Below, one piece after another: positions 51,701 through 60,600 of a stretch of DNA of 64,000 nt. Made by a program: the position numbers and the translations under genes. The stretch comes from a virus. The stretch spans positions 34,707 through 98,706 of IMG/VR virus record IMGVR_UViG_3300008110_000030. One strand, written 5' to 3'. Positions within the stretch are counted from its first letter, which is position 1, and each line of letters begins with the position of its first letter. The notes below the pieces were generated by a model, which did not search any database, was not told the DNA's origin, and saw nothing but the letters and a program-made list of their open reading frames with translations.

Positions 51701-54236
51701 TGACGGTGCTGTCAATAGAAAATATGTAGATAATGTATTTGCAGGCGGAACTATTAATTATGATGGTTCTTATGAAATTGAAACAACTGGCAGTAGAACA
51801 AATGTATTAGCATTTACTATGATAACCGACAACACTTCAGTTGGCGGTGTTCCAAATAATAAGGGCGGAATTGATCTTAACAATAATAAGATAGTAAGTC
51901 TGAAAGCTCCAACTGAGTTGACAGATGCTGCCAATAGAGCTTATGTTGATCAGACCATTGCCACAGGCGGTGTAAGAACAGGTTGGACTGGATTCACACT
52001 TTCTAATACTACTATAAGAAATACTGTATCTAGTATCAGTATGGTAAACAACGGTGGCGGTTATCTTGTTCCACCAGTGGTTGTAATTTACTCTACTAGT
52101 GGTACTGGTGCTGCCGCAAGAGCAGTTCTTACTGCTGGAAGTGGTGCAAGAAGTGTTAACAACATTATTGTTGACAGTGGCGGGTATGGTTACACTGAAG
52201 CCCCAATGATTATTATTGGCGGCAGTGTGTCAAATGTAAACGTAAACAGTTCTGGATCAGGGTATAGCAGTGCCCCAACATTGACCTTTAGTGCTCCTCC
52301 AACTGGTGGTATTAGAGCTACTGGTTATGCTGTTATGCAAGGAAGCGGATCAAATCAAATTATTAGTAGCATTGTAATTACTAATGCAGGTGCGGGCTAT
52401 ACACTTGCACCAACTATTGCGCAATCTGGCGGTGGTTCACCTACTGTGACTGCAATTATTACTGCTGTTTTACAACCAGGATCAGGCGCAACAGCTACCG
52501 CAGGTATTACTGCTACTCTAAGAAATATTGATTTAAATGGTAACAAGGTAACTGGCTCTGCTGATCCAACACAAAATACAGATTTAGTAACTTTAAATTA
52601 TTTTAATACTAAAAACTTTATTGGCGAAATTGCTGACGTAACTATAACCAATGTTCCTGCAAGTGGTGATTTATTAGTATTCACAGGTACTGTACCAGCA
52701 GGAAGTAAAGGTGCTATGGTCAACGTGGCAGTTGATTCAAGTAGTGATATTTCGTTTGTAAGAAGTGCTAATACAATTGCTGTTAATATTAAAGACAATG
52801 CTATTATTGATAGCAACATTGCTCCTAATGCCGCAATTCAACAAACTAAATTATTGTTGAGTCGAGCAAATTCAGTTACTGAAGGCGCTGTACCTGGTGT
52901 TGGTGATTTTGGTATATCGTCATTTAATGCTACTGAATTTATCAGTGATAATGGTTTAATTAAACTACGTCAGTCAGAAAGTAAAAATACTGGTGTTCGT
53001 TTAGATAGAATGCAACAGATCACTAATTATCGAATACTAGGAAGATACAATGTTACTGAAGGTGAAACTTCAGTTGGCCCTATTACTGAAGTCCCGGTAA
53101 CAGATTTAAAACAATTACTAGGATTGAGTGCCGCAACTGTTCAAGTTCTTATTAGTGATGACATTTTAGGTGGTAAACAAGTTGATAGTGGCAATCCACT
53201 AAATCCATTACTTGCTACCAACTGGAATGGTAGTGCATCGTTTGGTGCGCTATTAAGACGTGGCGGATCAATGATTGGTAAAATAGTCATGACTGATGCT
53301 GGGGGATTGCCAGCAGGTGATGCAAATATTACTCCAATTATTGGTGTTGGCGCCGGCCTCACTGACAAGTTAGACATTGGTACAAGCTCATTAAGATTTA
53401 GAAACGTATTCTCTAAGAATCACTATGGTGACGTATTTGAAGGTGCAACATTTGGTAGTGCTAGTGCCCCGACAACACAAGGTAGTGGAGCAACATTTAA
53501 TGGAACTGCTACATTTGCTGGAAGTTCTGGAGCATTACAATTTGCGTTGGTTGCAGGTGGAGATATTGCTCTTAGAAATGGCGCAAATAATGTAAACTTT
53601 AATGGAAGTCAACAAGTTACTGTCAGTGTGCTAGCAGAAAGTGGTACTGTAAACAACAGTCTTGTAAGAAGAACTAGTGATGGTCAAATTAATGCAAGTC
53701 AGTTTAATGGTCCGTTAAATGGGTTGGCTACAAATGCAACTAACTTGCGTTTAGGAACTACTGATTATCCAGCAAGTGACAGTGCAAGTAGCACTTCAGT
53801 TCCGTTACGTATTAACGGAGTAATAAAGGCTACTACTTTTGAAGGTAAAGCAACCAGTGCCAACTATGCTGACTTAGCTGAAAATTATCAAGCTGACTTT
53901 GCATATGAGCCTGGTACTGTACTTGAATTTGGTGGCGCTCACGAAGTTACTGTTGCACAAGATGAAACTAGAAAGGTAGCAGGGGTTGTATCAACAAGAC
54001 CAGCACATTTAATGAATACTGAACTACAAGGTGAAAATGTTGTAGCACTTGCACTACAAGGGCGTGTTCCATGTAAAGTACGTGGTAAGATTAGTAAAGG
54101 CGACCTAATGGTTAGTGCCGGAGGTGGTTATGCTCGTCCAACACACGATCCAAAAATTGGAACAATTATTGGAAAAGCGTTAGAAGACTTTGATGGTGTT
54201 GAAGGTGTCATTGAAGTGGTTGTTGGAAGATTGTAA
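45705..54236 (+). CDS. giant virion structural protein, tail-fibre-like (2843 aa)
   Basis: GGAG SD before ATG 45705; N-terminal NDGTGDSIRDAFSKVNANFQEL motif shared with next gene; Ser/Thr/Gly/Asn-rich beta-repetitive composition; internal repeats. Confidence 0.8.
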   Translation: MARKDVNIGLTGNDGTGDSIRDAFSKVNANFQELYASQGLEAGLTFDNLVDVIKPLRPNTVLGLDSLGKTIVSRDLEAAIGISIDTATDPSKIIFSIANVQIRQDPTPTLSNVLDGSGFKLSFIGDPENDQDAVTRKWVYQNFLNRDNIDKLGTFDLAAGSVMRQNFKISPTPDNGNVNAGTKIISVVGSDGVTPKNDVFLKFQATHPAHATRKEYVDTKLSLQGTNTLDPATGFVNKGMGVMTGPLILNDHPGDYVGINRLPDGTLFVQEDYRAVTKGYVDSKSYSSSGNLYVSTKGNDDIWDFDNDRPNPIYGYPEEEIGRSWSKAFKSLNAACRYATRIIDTVELQNTPYQVTPQQITRWAPPFTTPITSPRTRVRVSLQNHGFQDGDYVLVSGAILGSLDTRNLNGIHRVNALDVNNFELNLKSLVTWPNPEVAPGGTISISLANKKDGPYSITSKVDFGFRGFFVPKPEITIMVESGVYFEEAPIFVPPNCAIKGDEFRRTLVKPKPGPVDPVKSQQLKFVRGDRSQSATFWYNTHYYHQLARSVGTTNVVGSTKLEIKNSPYRPKSGMRFIVGTVGGIPNVYRVGREVNIVYKDPNPDLNIAPGTYIMDIVDDNGDPKPLATGIPDSSTIEFLLDNEHCDALLVADAFQLRNLTLIGFKGFAMSFDPNRQIKTRSPYAQVGAVFAGEGGGGQLVDGMSGNQVCYVQDTSYTDPFTGTQGSSGLKMTVTGLVRTPETPNTFFLAKKKYVIIDSTTPDANGTATLTLSTTTPIELDDTYLPAGFIPNGSQILIETAGNRSMLSNDFTMINDLGYGLVCENNGVAEAVSQFTYYCRASYLSRSGGQIRSVTGSSCYGIVGLQSEGSDPNEAIQIGRVKTDIGNIMQVYIDDPDADGNQGAVNLVMGGLASKPIRNATFKLTKHEVIIKNIARARLPGGTLTNGPLVVTTYYPHPFSTGESVQMTSVRGLQLPAIPPSTTPRTTDVDGRVYTITSISDHTFTLDGSESTNYINDLGTYNFADLPARAISNLVIGAQDVVFSIKGDPSPSNITGRARFDGIPGENQAGQNVLKLQRLQRPAVVGMKTTIPGGVLTYTVTGVTEKTVTFKPSPRPTPTGDNDNKIGAQTIYIYTTTDITTGAISGTTLTATNLDQNNVGQLVTGDTVAANTYIIEVTSPTTATVSISQSVTNRTLELSWVPKIGWSFQHLDTNMGLQLTYTRYTITDTPVYDAVSNRWAVTLDTPLTVNMQNQEATGQTTIVDGIWDVTLNYDLEVSIVNSVTPVSFTFVDSYWVTSIDPSLTNPIPTVTDAYNRTRARKINLYQQKTISVSQILNRPAIINSSALRFSASNYDPSIYRILGKTSDGGITQDKYAVTTTINPLSGLNTNAVQKVSDNKIWIQSEVIDYLATIYPNFQYNINTCFRDVGYIIDAVLYDLTYGGNVRSRAAGISYYQQGNPSAALVLSQQKIETIDAINFATTAAITALNQYSGATIPQLQLPYRGSNLNGVAQIQANKLFVQDEVIAFLAQTYPSLQFNQTTCRRDVGLILDAVAYDLEYGGNVATRTAALAYYDGSTSSQYVLSNQKTQTIAAVNRASTVVQQIVLETTVTATAGNTSTQNTAGTPGVAGVDNVRVQELMNIITNVLQNGTSVAPVRNLGIRRSYQDPLSIDYVAQDIDSGIVAEAGAATALQALMDQIVAIIQFGATGPHVIVQPQVLDTLQAIDFPPTATSLQYGAVLTGIGIPRAGVGGVTEDTFIRTVTQLFDENQNTIGYRARISAPVTQAIPAGTEITITGPGSDFLFDLNTPLDLRHLAGDVIGITTTFSTVRATGHDFLNVGAGGYDDSNYPNNVYGQPVNTPSDSAIATEVGTGRVFHVSTDQNGNFRVGSFFNVNQGDGSVSISAKIGLSAVTSLSFLTGATVNQFSTDSKLDDNSDNIVSTQKAMKTYINNLIDGRFTIDNTDTPQRGLLRLDGESIMVGDLDIGLNSVERIVNSPNNDGAVNRKYVDNVFAGGTINYDGSYEIETTGSRTNVLAFTMITDNTSVGGVPNNKGGIDLNNNKIVSLKAPTELTDAANRAYVDQTIATGGVRTGWTGFTLSNTTIRNTVSSISMVNNGGGYLVPPVVVIYSTSGTGAAARAVLTAGSGARSVNNIIVDSGGYGYTEAPMIIIGGSVSNVNVNSSGSGYSSAPTLTFSAPPTGGIRATGYAVMQGSGSNQIISSIVITNAGAGYTLAPTIAQSGGGSPTVTAIITAVLQPGSGATATAGITATLRNIDLNGNKVTGSADPTQNTDLVTLNYFNTKNFIGEIADVTITNVPASGDLLVFTGTVPAGSKGAMVNVAVDSSSDISFVRSANTIAVNIKDNAIIDSNIAPNAAIQQTKLLLSRANSVTEGAVPGVGDFGISSFNATEFISDNGLIKLRQSESKNTGVRLDRMQQITNYRILGRYNVTEGETSVGPITEVPVTDLKQLLGLSAATVQVLISDDILGGKQVDSGNPLNPLLATNWNGSASFGALLRRGGSMIGKIVMTDAGGLPAGDANITPIIGVGAGLTDKLDIGTSSLRFRNVFSKNHYGDVFEGATFGSASAPTTQGSGATFNGTATFAGSSGALQFALVAGGDIALRNGANNVNFNGSQQVTVSVLAESGTVNNSLVRRTSDGQINASQFNGPLNGLATNATNLRLGTTDYPASDSASSTSVPLRINGVIKATTFEGKATSANYADLAENYQADFAYEPGTVLEFGGAHEVTVAQDETRKVAGVVSTRPAHLMNTELQGENVVALALQGRVPCKVRGKISKGDLMVSAGGGYARPTHDPKIGTIIGKALEDFDGVEGVIEVVVGRL
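49891..50610 (+). repeat. in-frame tandem duplication of a 360-nt (120-aa) module inside the giant gene
   Basis: copies start 49891 and 50251: ...EVIDYLATIYPNFQYNINTCFRDVGYIIDAVLYDLTYGGNV... vs ...EVIAFLAQTYPSLQFNQTTCRRDVGLILDAVAYDLEYGGNV... Confidence 0.8.
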
Positions 54237-54273
54237 GATATCCTAAAATAAATAAGATAAACAGGAACGAAAA

Positions 54274-57200
54274 ATGAGCATTCAATACATAAACATTGGT
54301 TCTAACGCAAATGATGGTACTGGCGATGATTTACGCACTGCGTTTTTAAAAGTAAATGATAATTTTCAATTACTTGCAACTATAGGTGGAGAGACTAACG
54401 TAGGCGCTAATTTAGGTGGTGGCAGTGGGCAGGTTTACGCTGGCAAAACTAATGAGACTCTTAACTTTAGAACAATTGCTGGTGATGTCAGTTCAGGTAT
54501 AACTGTAAATCAATCTGGCAATGTTATTACAATCGCTAGTAATTTTAGTGTTCCTGCATCTATTACTACATTAATATCCGACGACAACAGTGGACAATTT
54601 ACTACTACCAGTCCTGGAGCAACGTTTAGATTCAATGGAACTGGCGGTGTGACTACCAGTTTGAATGCTAATATATTAACTATTGATGGTCAATTTACTC
54701 TGGTACAAGATACACTACCTTTATTAGGTGGTAATTTAGATTTGAACGGAAGCAATGTTGTTGGTTTAGGTAACATTAGTATTATTGGTGATATTACCTC
54801 TGATTACTTAACTGTTGGAAGAATAGTAACTCCTGGAGTATTTCCAGCATCTGCTACTGTTAATGGTTCATTAACCGTACGTGGATCTTCAAGTTTACAG
54901 GCAGTTACTGCAACTACTATTCTTACTAACAATATTATAACTGCTCCAGGATTTACAGCAACAAGTGGAGCTTTCACTGGTAACCTTACTGGTAATAGTA
55001 CTGGCACACATTACGGCAATGTGGCTTTGAAAGTTGTTGATCCATTAGATCCTAATTATCCTGAAATAGTCATAGTTGATTCTGACACACAAACAATAAC
55101 TGGTACGCATTTTGGTACATTCAGTGGGGGAATGACTGGGTCACTAATTACTGGTGGGCTAGCATTGGATGGTAATGCTATTACTGGTCAAGGTAGAATA
55201 GAAATAACAGGATCACTAATTCCTACTAGCACTATGCCGTTTAAAGTGATTGGTAGATTCCATGGTGGCGATCAAGCTGATGGAGTTGCACCTGTATTAA
55301 GCGATGGTCCCGTTGGCGCAACTTTTTCAATGGAGCAACAACCAAATGGGTTTTCTGAACCAATTCGTTTACAGTCGTACAGTAAAAATGGAAGTAATTC
55401 GTTACCGCTAGGTCCAGGTATTAGATTTGAATCAATTAATGAAATAGATGTAACAGATCCGTTAACATACGATCCTTTAAATCCACCAACACAGCCAGAA
55501 TATGTACTACATGGACATATTGGTGTGCTATCTTATAGTGACGGTGTTGAGGGATCAAATCCTGAACATAGTTCATTTGTTGCTAGAGTTAGACATGGCG
55601 ATGCTGTAGGTGAGATGCGAGATGTAATTATTGCACGTGGTAATGATAGAGTAAGTATTACTGGTATTGACATTGATATTGCTAAAATTGGTACAAGAAT
55701 TATAGAAATTAGTCCTGGGGTCACTGGCCCAAGACCTTATGATTTAATTATTACTAATGAATCTTCAGGAAACTATATCAACTTTTATGGTGATTATGAT
55801 CCTCTCTTAGCTGAAGGCGCCGCAACTGGTCCTGGTTTTACTGGTTATAGTTTTCCAAAGGTGATTGGTGCTCCTGGTGAGGTACTGACTGTTCAATTAG
55901 GAACCAACCTACTGACATGGGCCACCCCAGGTGGCGGTGGAGGTGGAGGTGGTACAACTTTATTAAATTTAACTGACGTTCCAGACAGCTACGCTACCCA
56001 TGCTGGTAAACTTTTACGAGTAAAATCAACAAGTGATGGTATTGAATTTACAAACAGTTTTGATGCCACAGTAACTGGTAGTTTAATTGGTAATGCTGAC
56101 ACTGCAACTGCATTAGAAACTGCTAGAACAATTAACGGGTTTACGTTTGACGGTACTCAAAATATTACTATTGATACTAGACAAATTGAAGAATTAAAAC
56201 AACTGGCATCAAATGCCAGTCTAGTAGGCAGCAGTGGTTCTGTAGTAACAACAACTACTATTACTATTGCAGAATCTAATCTAACCATTAATGCTGGTGA
56301 GCCCTCTACTAACCAAGGTGCTCGTAAATTCCGTGTAGGAATGATAGTTAAAGGAATAGATATCCTCAATGCTGTTATTACTAATATTGCCTTAACTGGT
56401 GGTTCAACCCCTGTTCCTAATAACGACAGAACAGTAACTCTAACAATAACATTTGACAGCCAAGTAGTGAATGCACAAACTGGTCTTAGTATCACTGGCG
56501 AAGTTACAAATCAATGGTTTAATGATACAAAAGTTCGTGAAACCATTAGTGTTAGTCCTGGCAGTGCTCTTTCATATAACGAAACATTAGGTTTATTTAC
56601 ATTGTCAGATGCAGTGTCAAGTGTTAATGACACATTGGTAAGAAGAAATAGCACTGGTGAAGTATTTCTTAAAACTGCCTATGTTACTACACTAACAAAG
56701 AATAGTGCTGATAGTGTAATAACTGTAACAAGCCCAGTTTCTACTAATTCTGAGATAAACTCAACAGCAAACATTACCACAACAGGAACTGTTGTTGCTG
56801 GATTTATAACCTTAAATGGAGTAGGAAATCAAACCATAGCATCTAGTGCTGGTACTAGCATTATTTTACAACCAGGAACAAGTGTTGATGTAAGTGGCAA
56901 AAAGATAACGAATCTTTCAATTGCGGCTCCAACCGCAGACAGTGATGCTTCAACTAAAAAATATGTTGACGATGAAATTACAGGTCTATTTAATGAGACG
57001 TTTCAAGAATTACCAGTGTCTGGAGATACTGGTGGAACATTAAATGTACAACGTAGTGCAATTTTCACAGTCGCTGGTAGTTCAAATATTGCTACGGCAA
57101 CAACTGGTACTGGTGTTCAGATCAATTTAAAAAGTACAATTTCTGGAATTAGCATTAGTGGAAACTTACCAGTTACAGGAAACGTAACAAGTTCGGGTGG

Positions 57201-57693
57201 ATTTATAAAAGGTGGTAATGTTAAGATAGACGGAAATGCTGTTACACAAACTGTAAATGGTAGTGATTTAAATCTAGTTCCTGGAGATTTAGGTGGGTCA
57301 GTTGTAGTAAGTGGGAGCGATTTAAAACTAGTTAATAGTAGACTATTCCTTAACGGTTCTGATACAATGGAGTTTCCTCCTAATACATTAGAACAAGATA
57401 TTACGTTAGTAACAGCAACAACTTTTATTAGAACTGCTAACTGGGTTGACGATTCAGCAGGACTAGCTTATGCATCTTTGGCTAATGGTAGTCCAGGACA
57501 GATAAAAACAATTATTATGGCTAGCCGTGGTACATACGGTAATGCCTTAGATACAAGACCTAGATACTTGTTATTAAGTGGTAACATTAATGGATCCACT
57601 AGAACAGTAAACATTGCCGCTTCTGATCCTAACGGTTCAACAACGTTCTTGTTCTTGAACAACAGTTGGTGGCGAATTGCTCATGTGGCGTAA
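54274..57693 (+). CDS. large virion structural protein, tail-fibre-like (1139 aa)
   Basis: N-terminal NIGSNANDGTGDDLRTAFLKVNDNFQLL motif; octa-glycine run; Thr/Ser/Gly/Asn-rich. Confidence 0.75.
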   Translation: MSIQYINIGSNANDGTGDDLRTAFLKVNDNFQLLATIGGETNVGANLGGGSGQVYAGKTNETLNFRTIAGDVSSGITVNQSGNVITIASNFSVPASITTLISDDNSGQFTTTSPGATFRFNGTGGVTTSLNANILTIDGQFTLVQDTLPLLGGNLDLNGSNVVGLGNISIIGDITSDYLTVGRIVTPGVFPASATVNGSLTVRGSSSLQAVTATTILTNNIITAPGFTATSGAFTGNLTGNSTGTHYGNVALKVVDPLDPNYPEIVIVDSDTQTITGTHFGTFSGGMTGSLITGGLALDGNAITGQGRIEITGSLIPTSTMPFKVIGRFHGGDQADGVAPVLSDGPVGATFSMEQQPNGFSEPIRLQSYSKNGSNSLPLGPGIRFESINEIDVTDPLTYDPLNPPTQPEYVLHGHIGVLSYSDGVEGSNPEHSSFVARVRHGDAVGEMRDVIIARGNDRVSITGIDIDIAKIGTRIIEISPGVTGPRPYDLIITNESSGNYINFYGDYDPLLAEGAATGPGFTGYSFPKVIGAPGEVLTVQLGTNLLTWATPGGGGGGGGTTLLNLTDVPDSYATHAGKLLRVKSTSDGIEFTNSFDATVTGSLIGNADTATALETARTINGFTFDGTQNITIDTRQIEELKQLASNASLVGSSGSVVTTTTITIAESNLTINAGEPSTNQGARKFRVGMIVKGIDILNAVITNIALTGGSTPVPNNDRTVTLTITFDSQVVNAQTGLSITGEVTNQWFNDTKVRETISVSPGSALSYNETLGLFTLSDAVSSVNDTLVRRNSTGEVFLKTAYVTTLTKNSADSVITVTSPVSTNSEINSTANITTTGTVVAGFITLNGVGNQTIASSAGTSIILQPGTSVDVSGKKITNLSIAAPTADSDASTKKYVDDEITGLFNETFQELPVSGDTGGTLNVQRSAIFTVAGSSNIATATTGTGVQINLKSTISGISISGNLPVTGNVTSSGGFIKGGNVKIDGNAVTQTVNGSDLNLVPGDLGGSVVVSGSDLKLVNSRLFLNGSDTMEFPPNTLEQDITLVTATTFIRTANWVDDSAGLAYASLANGSPGQIKTIIMASRGTYGNALDTRPRYLLLSGNINGSTRTVNIAASDPNGSTTFLFLNNSWWRIAHVA

Positions 57694-57696
57694 ACT

Positions 57697-60600
57697 ATGA
57701 CCGTAAAACCTATTTGGATTACATCTTCTGGAAGTTTAGGAAGTTTTGAACAAAGTCAATCTATCACTCCAATTGTGTTGGAAGTGGCAAATGCCAACGA
57801 AGTAAAAATTATTTCTAAAACTTTGCCTAATGGATTAAAACTTGATTCAATAACTAAAACTATTACAGGAGTTCCACTTGACAGCGGAATTACAAAAACT
57901 TATGATTTTGTTGTTAGAGCAAGCATTGTAGATGTTGATGGCAAAGTCTATATACAAGATAGAACTTTTAACATTACGATTATTAGTAATGCACAGCCAA
58001 GACTGTTGACTCTTCCTGGAACTATATCCGTTGGATTGAATAGAGAAAATTTTGTTTTAAATAAATCTATTGTTAATTTTCAATTTGATGCAGTAGCAAG
58101 TAGTGTACCCCCTGGACAAAAATTAAAATTTTATTTAGAAGAAAATAAAGGCGAACTTCCTCCTGGACTTAAATTATCAGAAGAAGGTCTATTATACGGA
58201 ACAATTGATGATGATCTAGAACTAGATTTTAAAGTTGTTCAAGGAACATATGATAGAGATTTTTATGACATCAATCCGTATGACTATGGTACTCCAATTG
58301 AACCAGCTAGAGGCACAACAACAGTTGCAAATGGAAAAATACAATCCGTATCGGTGACCTATGGCGGAAATGGCTATTTGCTAGATCCAAAAATTATTGT
58401 TGGCGGCAGTGTAGATTTTAGCTCTATTGTTATTACTGATGGAGGTAGTGGTTATACTAGTGCGCCAACTGTAGTGTTTAGTAATAGTTTAACTATTGGC
58501 GGTATCACTGCAACAGGATATGCTGAAATATCAAACGGTGCTGTTACTAACATTGTTATAACAAATCCAGGAACTGGATATGATGTTGCTCCAACAATTA
58601 TATTCAAAGATCAAAATACAGGTAGTGGAGCCAGTGCAACATGTCAGTTACAGTTAGGTTTAGATGGTGCTCTTATTTCAAGAGTTACTAACGGAACGGT
58701 TGTTGACATTGACATTGCTAATCCTGGTAGTGGATATCAAACAGCTCCTGCAATAAGTTTTGGTGCTCCAACAGCAGGATCTAGAATCATATCTAAGACT
58801 TATAAGTTTTCTTTAACAGTTGCTAATGGTGAGTTGACAGATACTAAAATTTATACTATTTTTGTAAAAAGTGAAAACTCTCTACGTGTTGATACTACAT
58901 TTATATTTTCAGACACAGTTGATTTTGACACAAGTAGAACATACATTCAGCCGCCAATTTGGATTACTCCAAATACACTGCCTATTGTAAAAGGCAATAA
59001 CAATTACATATATGATTTAGAAATATTTGATCCAACTCCTACTGTAGGAAAATTATATTTTGGATTACTGGATTTTAATTTTGACGGAACTCCAAGCGAG
59101 TTTGGTCCAAGAAATAATGAGCGCAATCAGATTGCTCACAGTATAACTAATATTGATTTAGATTCCCCTGTTTTATTAACAGTAGCGCAACGACATACTT
59201 TTAACGACAGTGACCGAGTTAGAATATCAAATGTTGGTGGAACTACTGAGCTTAACGATGACGTATATTATGTTAAAGTAATTAATGAAACACAAGTTGC
59301 GTTATATTCTGATGTAGTATTAGTAAACCCAATTGTGGGAACATTTTTTAATGCGTATACAAGTGGTGGAACAATTAACCCAGAAGAGAACTATTTAAAA
59401 TTAGATCCTGTTGGTGGAGAAATCAACGGATTTATTCCATACCAACCAAGTGTAACAAAAACTTATACTTTTACTGTACAAATACAAAGAATTTTAGACG
59501 ATGTTGAAGTAGCAAATGCGTTCAAACAATTTCAATTGACTGTAGAAGGAAATATACAAGGTGACATTAATTTTATTACTCCAACACTTGTTGGCAACTT
59601 ACGACCAAACGAGCAAAGTTTATTAAAAATTGAAGCTGAGTCTACACTACCGTCTGCATCTGTAGTATACGATCTTGTTCCTGGCTATGGTAAAACGTCT
59701 AGAGTAAATTACACTGAGTTAAACATCAGCGAATATCGTGGAAATATCCTAATTGAAAATTACGGTATCAATCCTATATTAATTTTAGAAAAAGGTCAAA
59801 GCTATAAGATTAACGTAGACCTAGATAATTTTACAGTAGGTTTTAAAAACATTGACGGTACATATTATAATAGTGGTCTTCGACACAGCACAGGTGTCGT
59901 AGGACAGGCGGCACAAGAAAAATCTAATGGATATTATATTTTTATTCCTCCATTTAATGAAACTAGTAAAATTGAGTTAGTTTATACTAACACTAAAAAA
60001 GATGGCTTATTCTTAGCATTAAAAAAATTTAATGCTGACACAAAGGAATGGGATCGTCAAATCATAAACTCTTATTTTACAGAATATGATGCTTACACAA
60101 ATTTGACTAGACAAATTAATGCTGGACAGGATGCATTTGCTGTAATTTTAGACTATACTAAAATTCAGTTTGGTATTGAAAAATACAATGCTGGCACACT
60201 AACTTGGGACCTTGTAAATATCACAACCGTAAAACCAAGTAATCCTACAGGTAGTTCATACTGGCTAGATCTTTCTGAAAGTAGTTTTGGTGTTTTAGAA
60301 TTTAGATACTTTGGTCTACAGGGTCGTTGGGTACCAGTTGTTATGTCTGTTGTTACCACAATGCCAAATAACAGTGAAGGTGTCAACGGAAATTATAAAG
60401 TACTTAACGATGTTGGTACTTATAAAGTGCTTAGAAAAATTAATGGCGTTTGGAAAATAGTACAAAGATTATCTATTGATGTTAAAACTGCGTTTGATCC
60501 AAATGTTTTCTTTAAACCAGCCACTGCTATTGTACCAGTTACAAATTTACAGTATGATGTTTGGTTCAAATATAATGCATTATATAATGGGTTAGATCAA

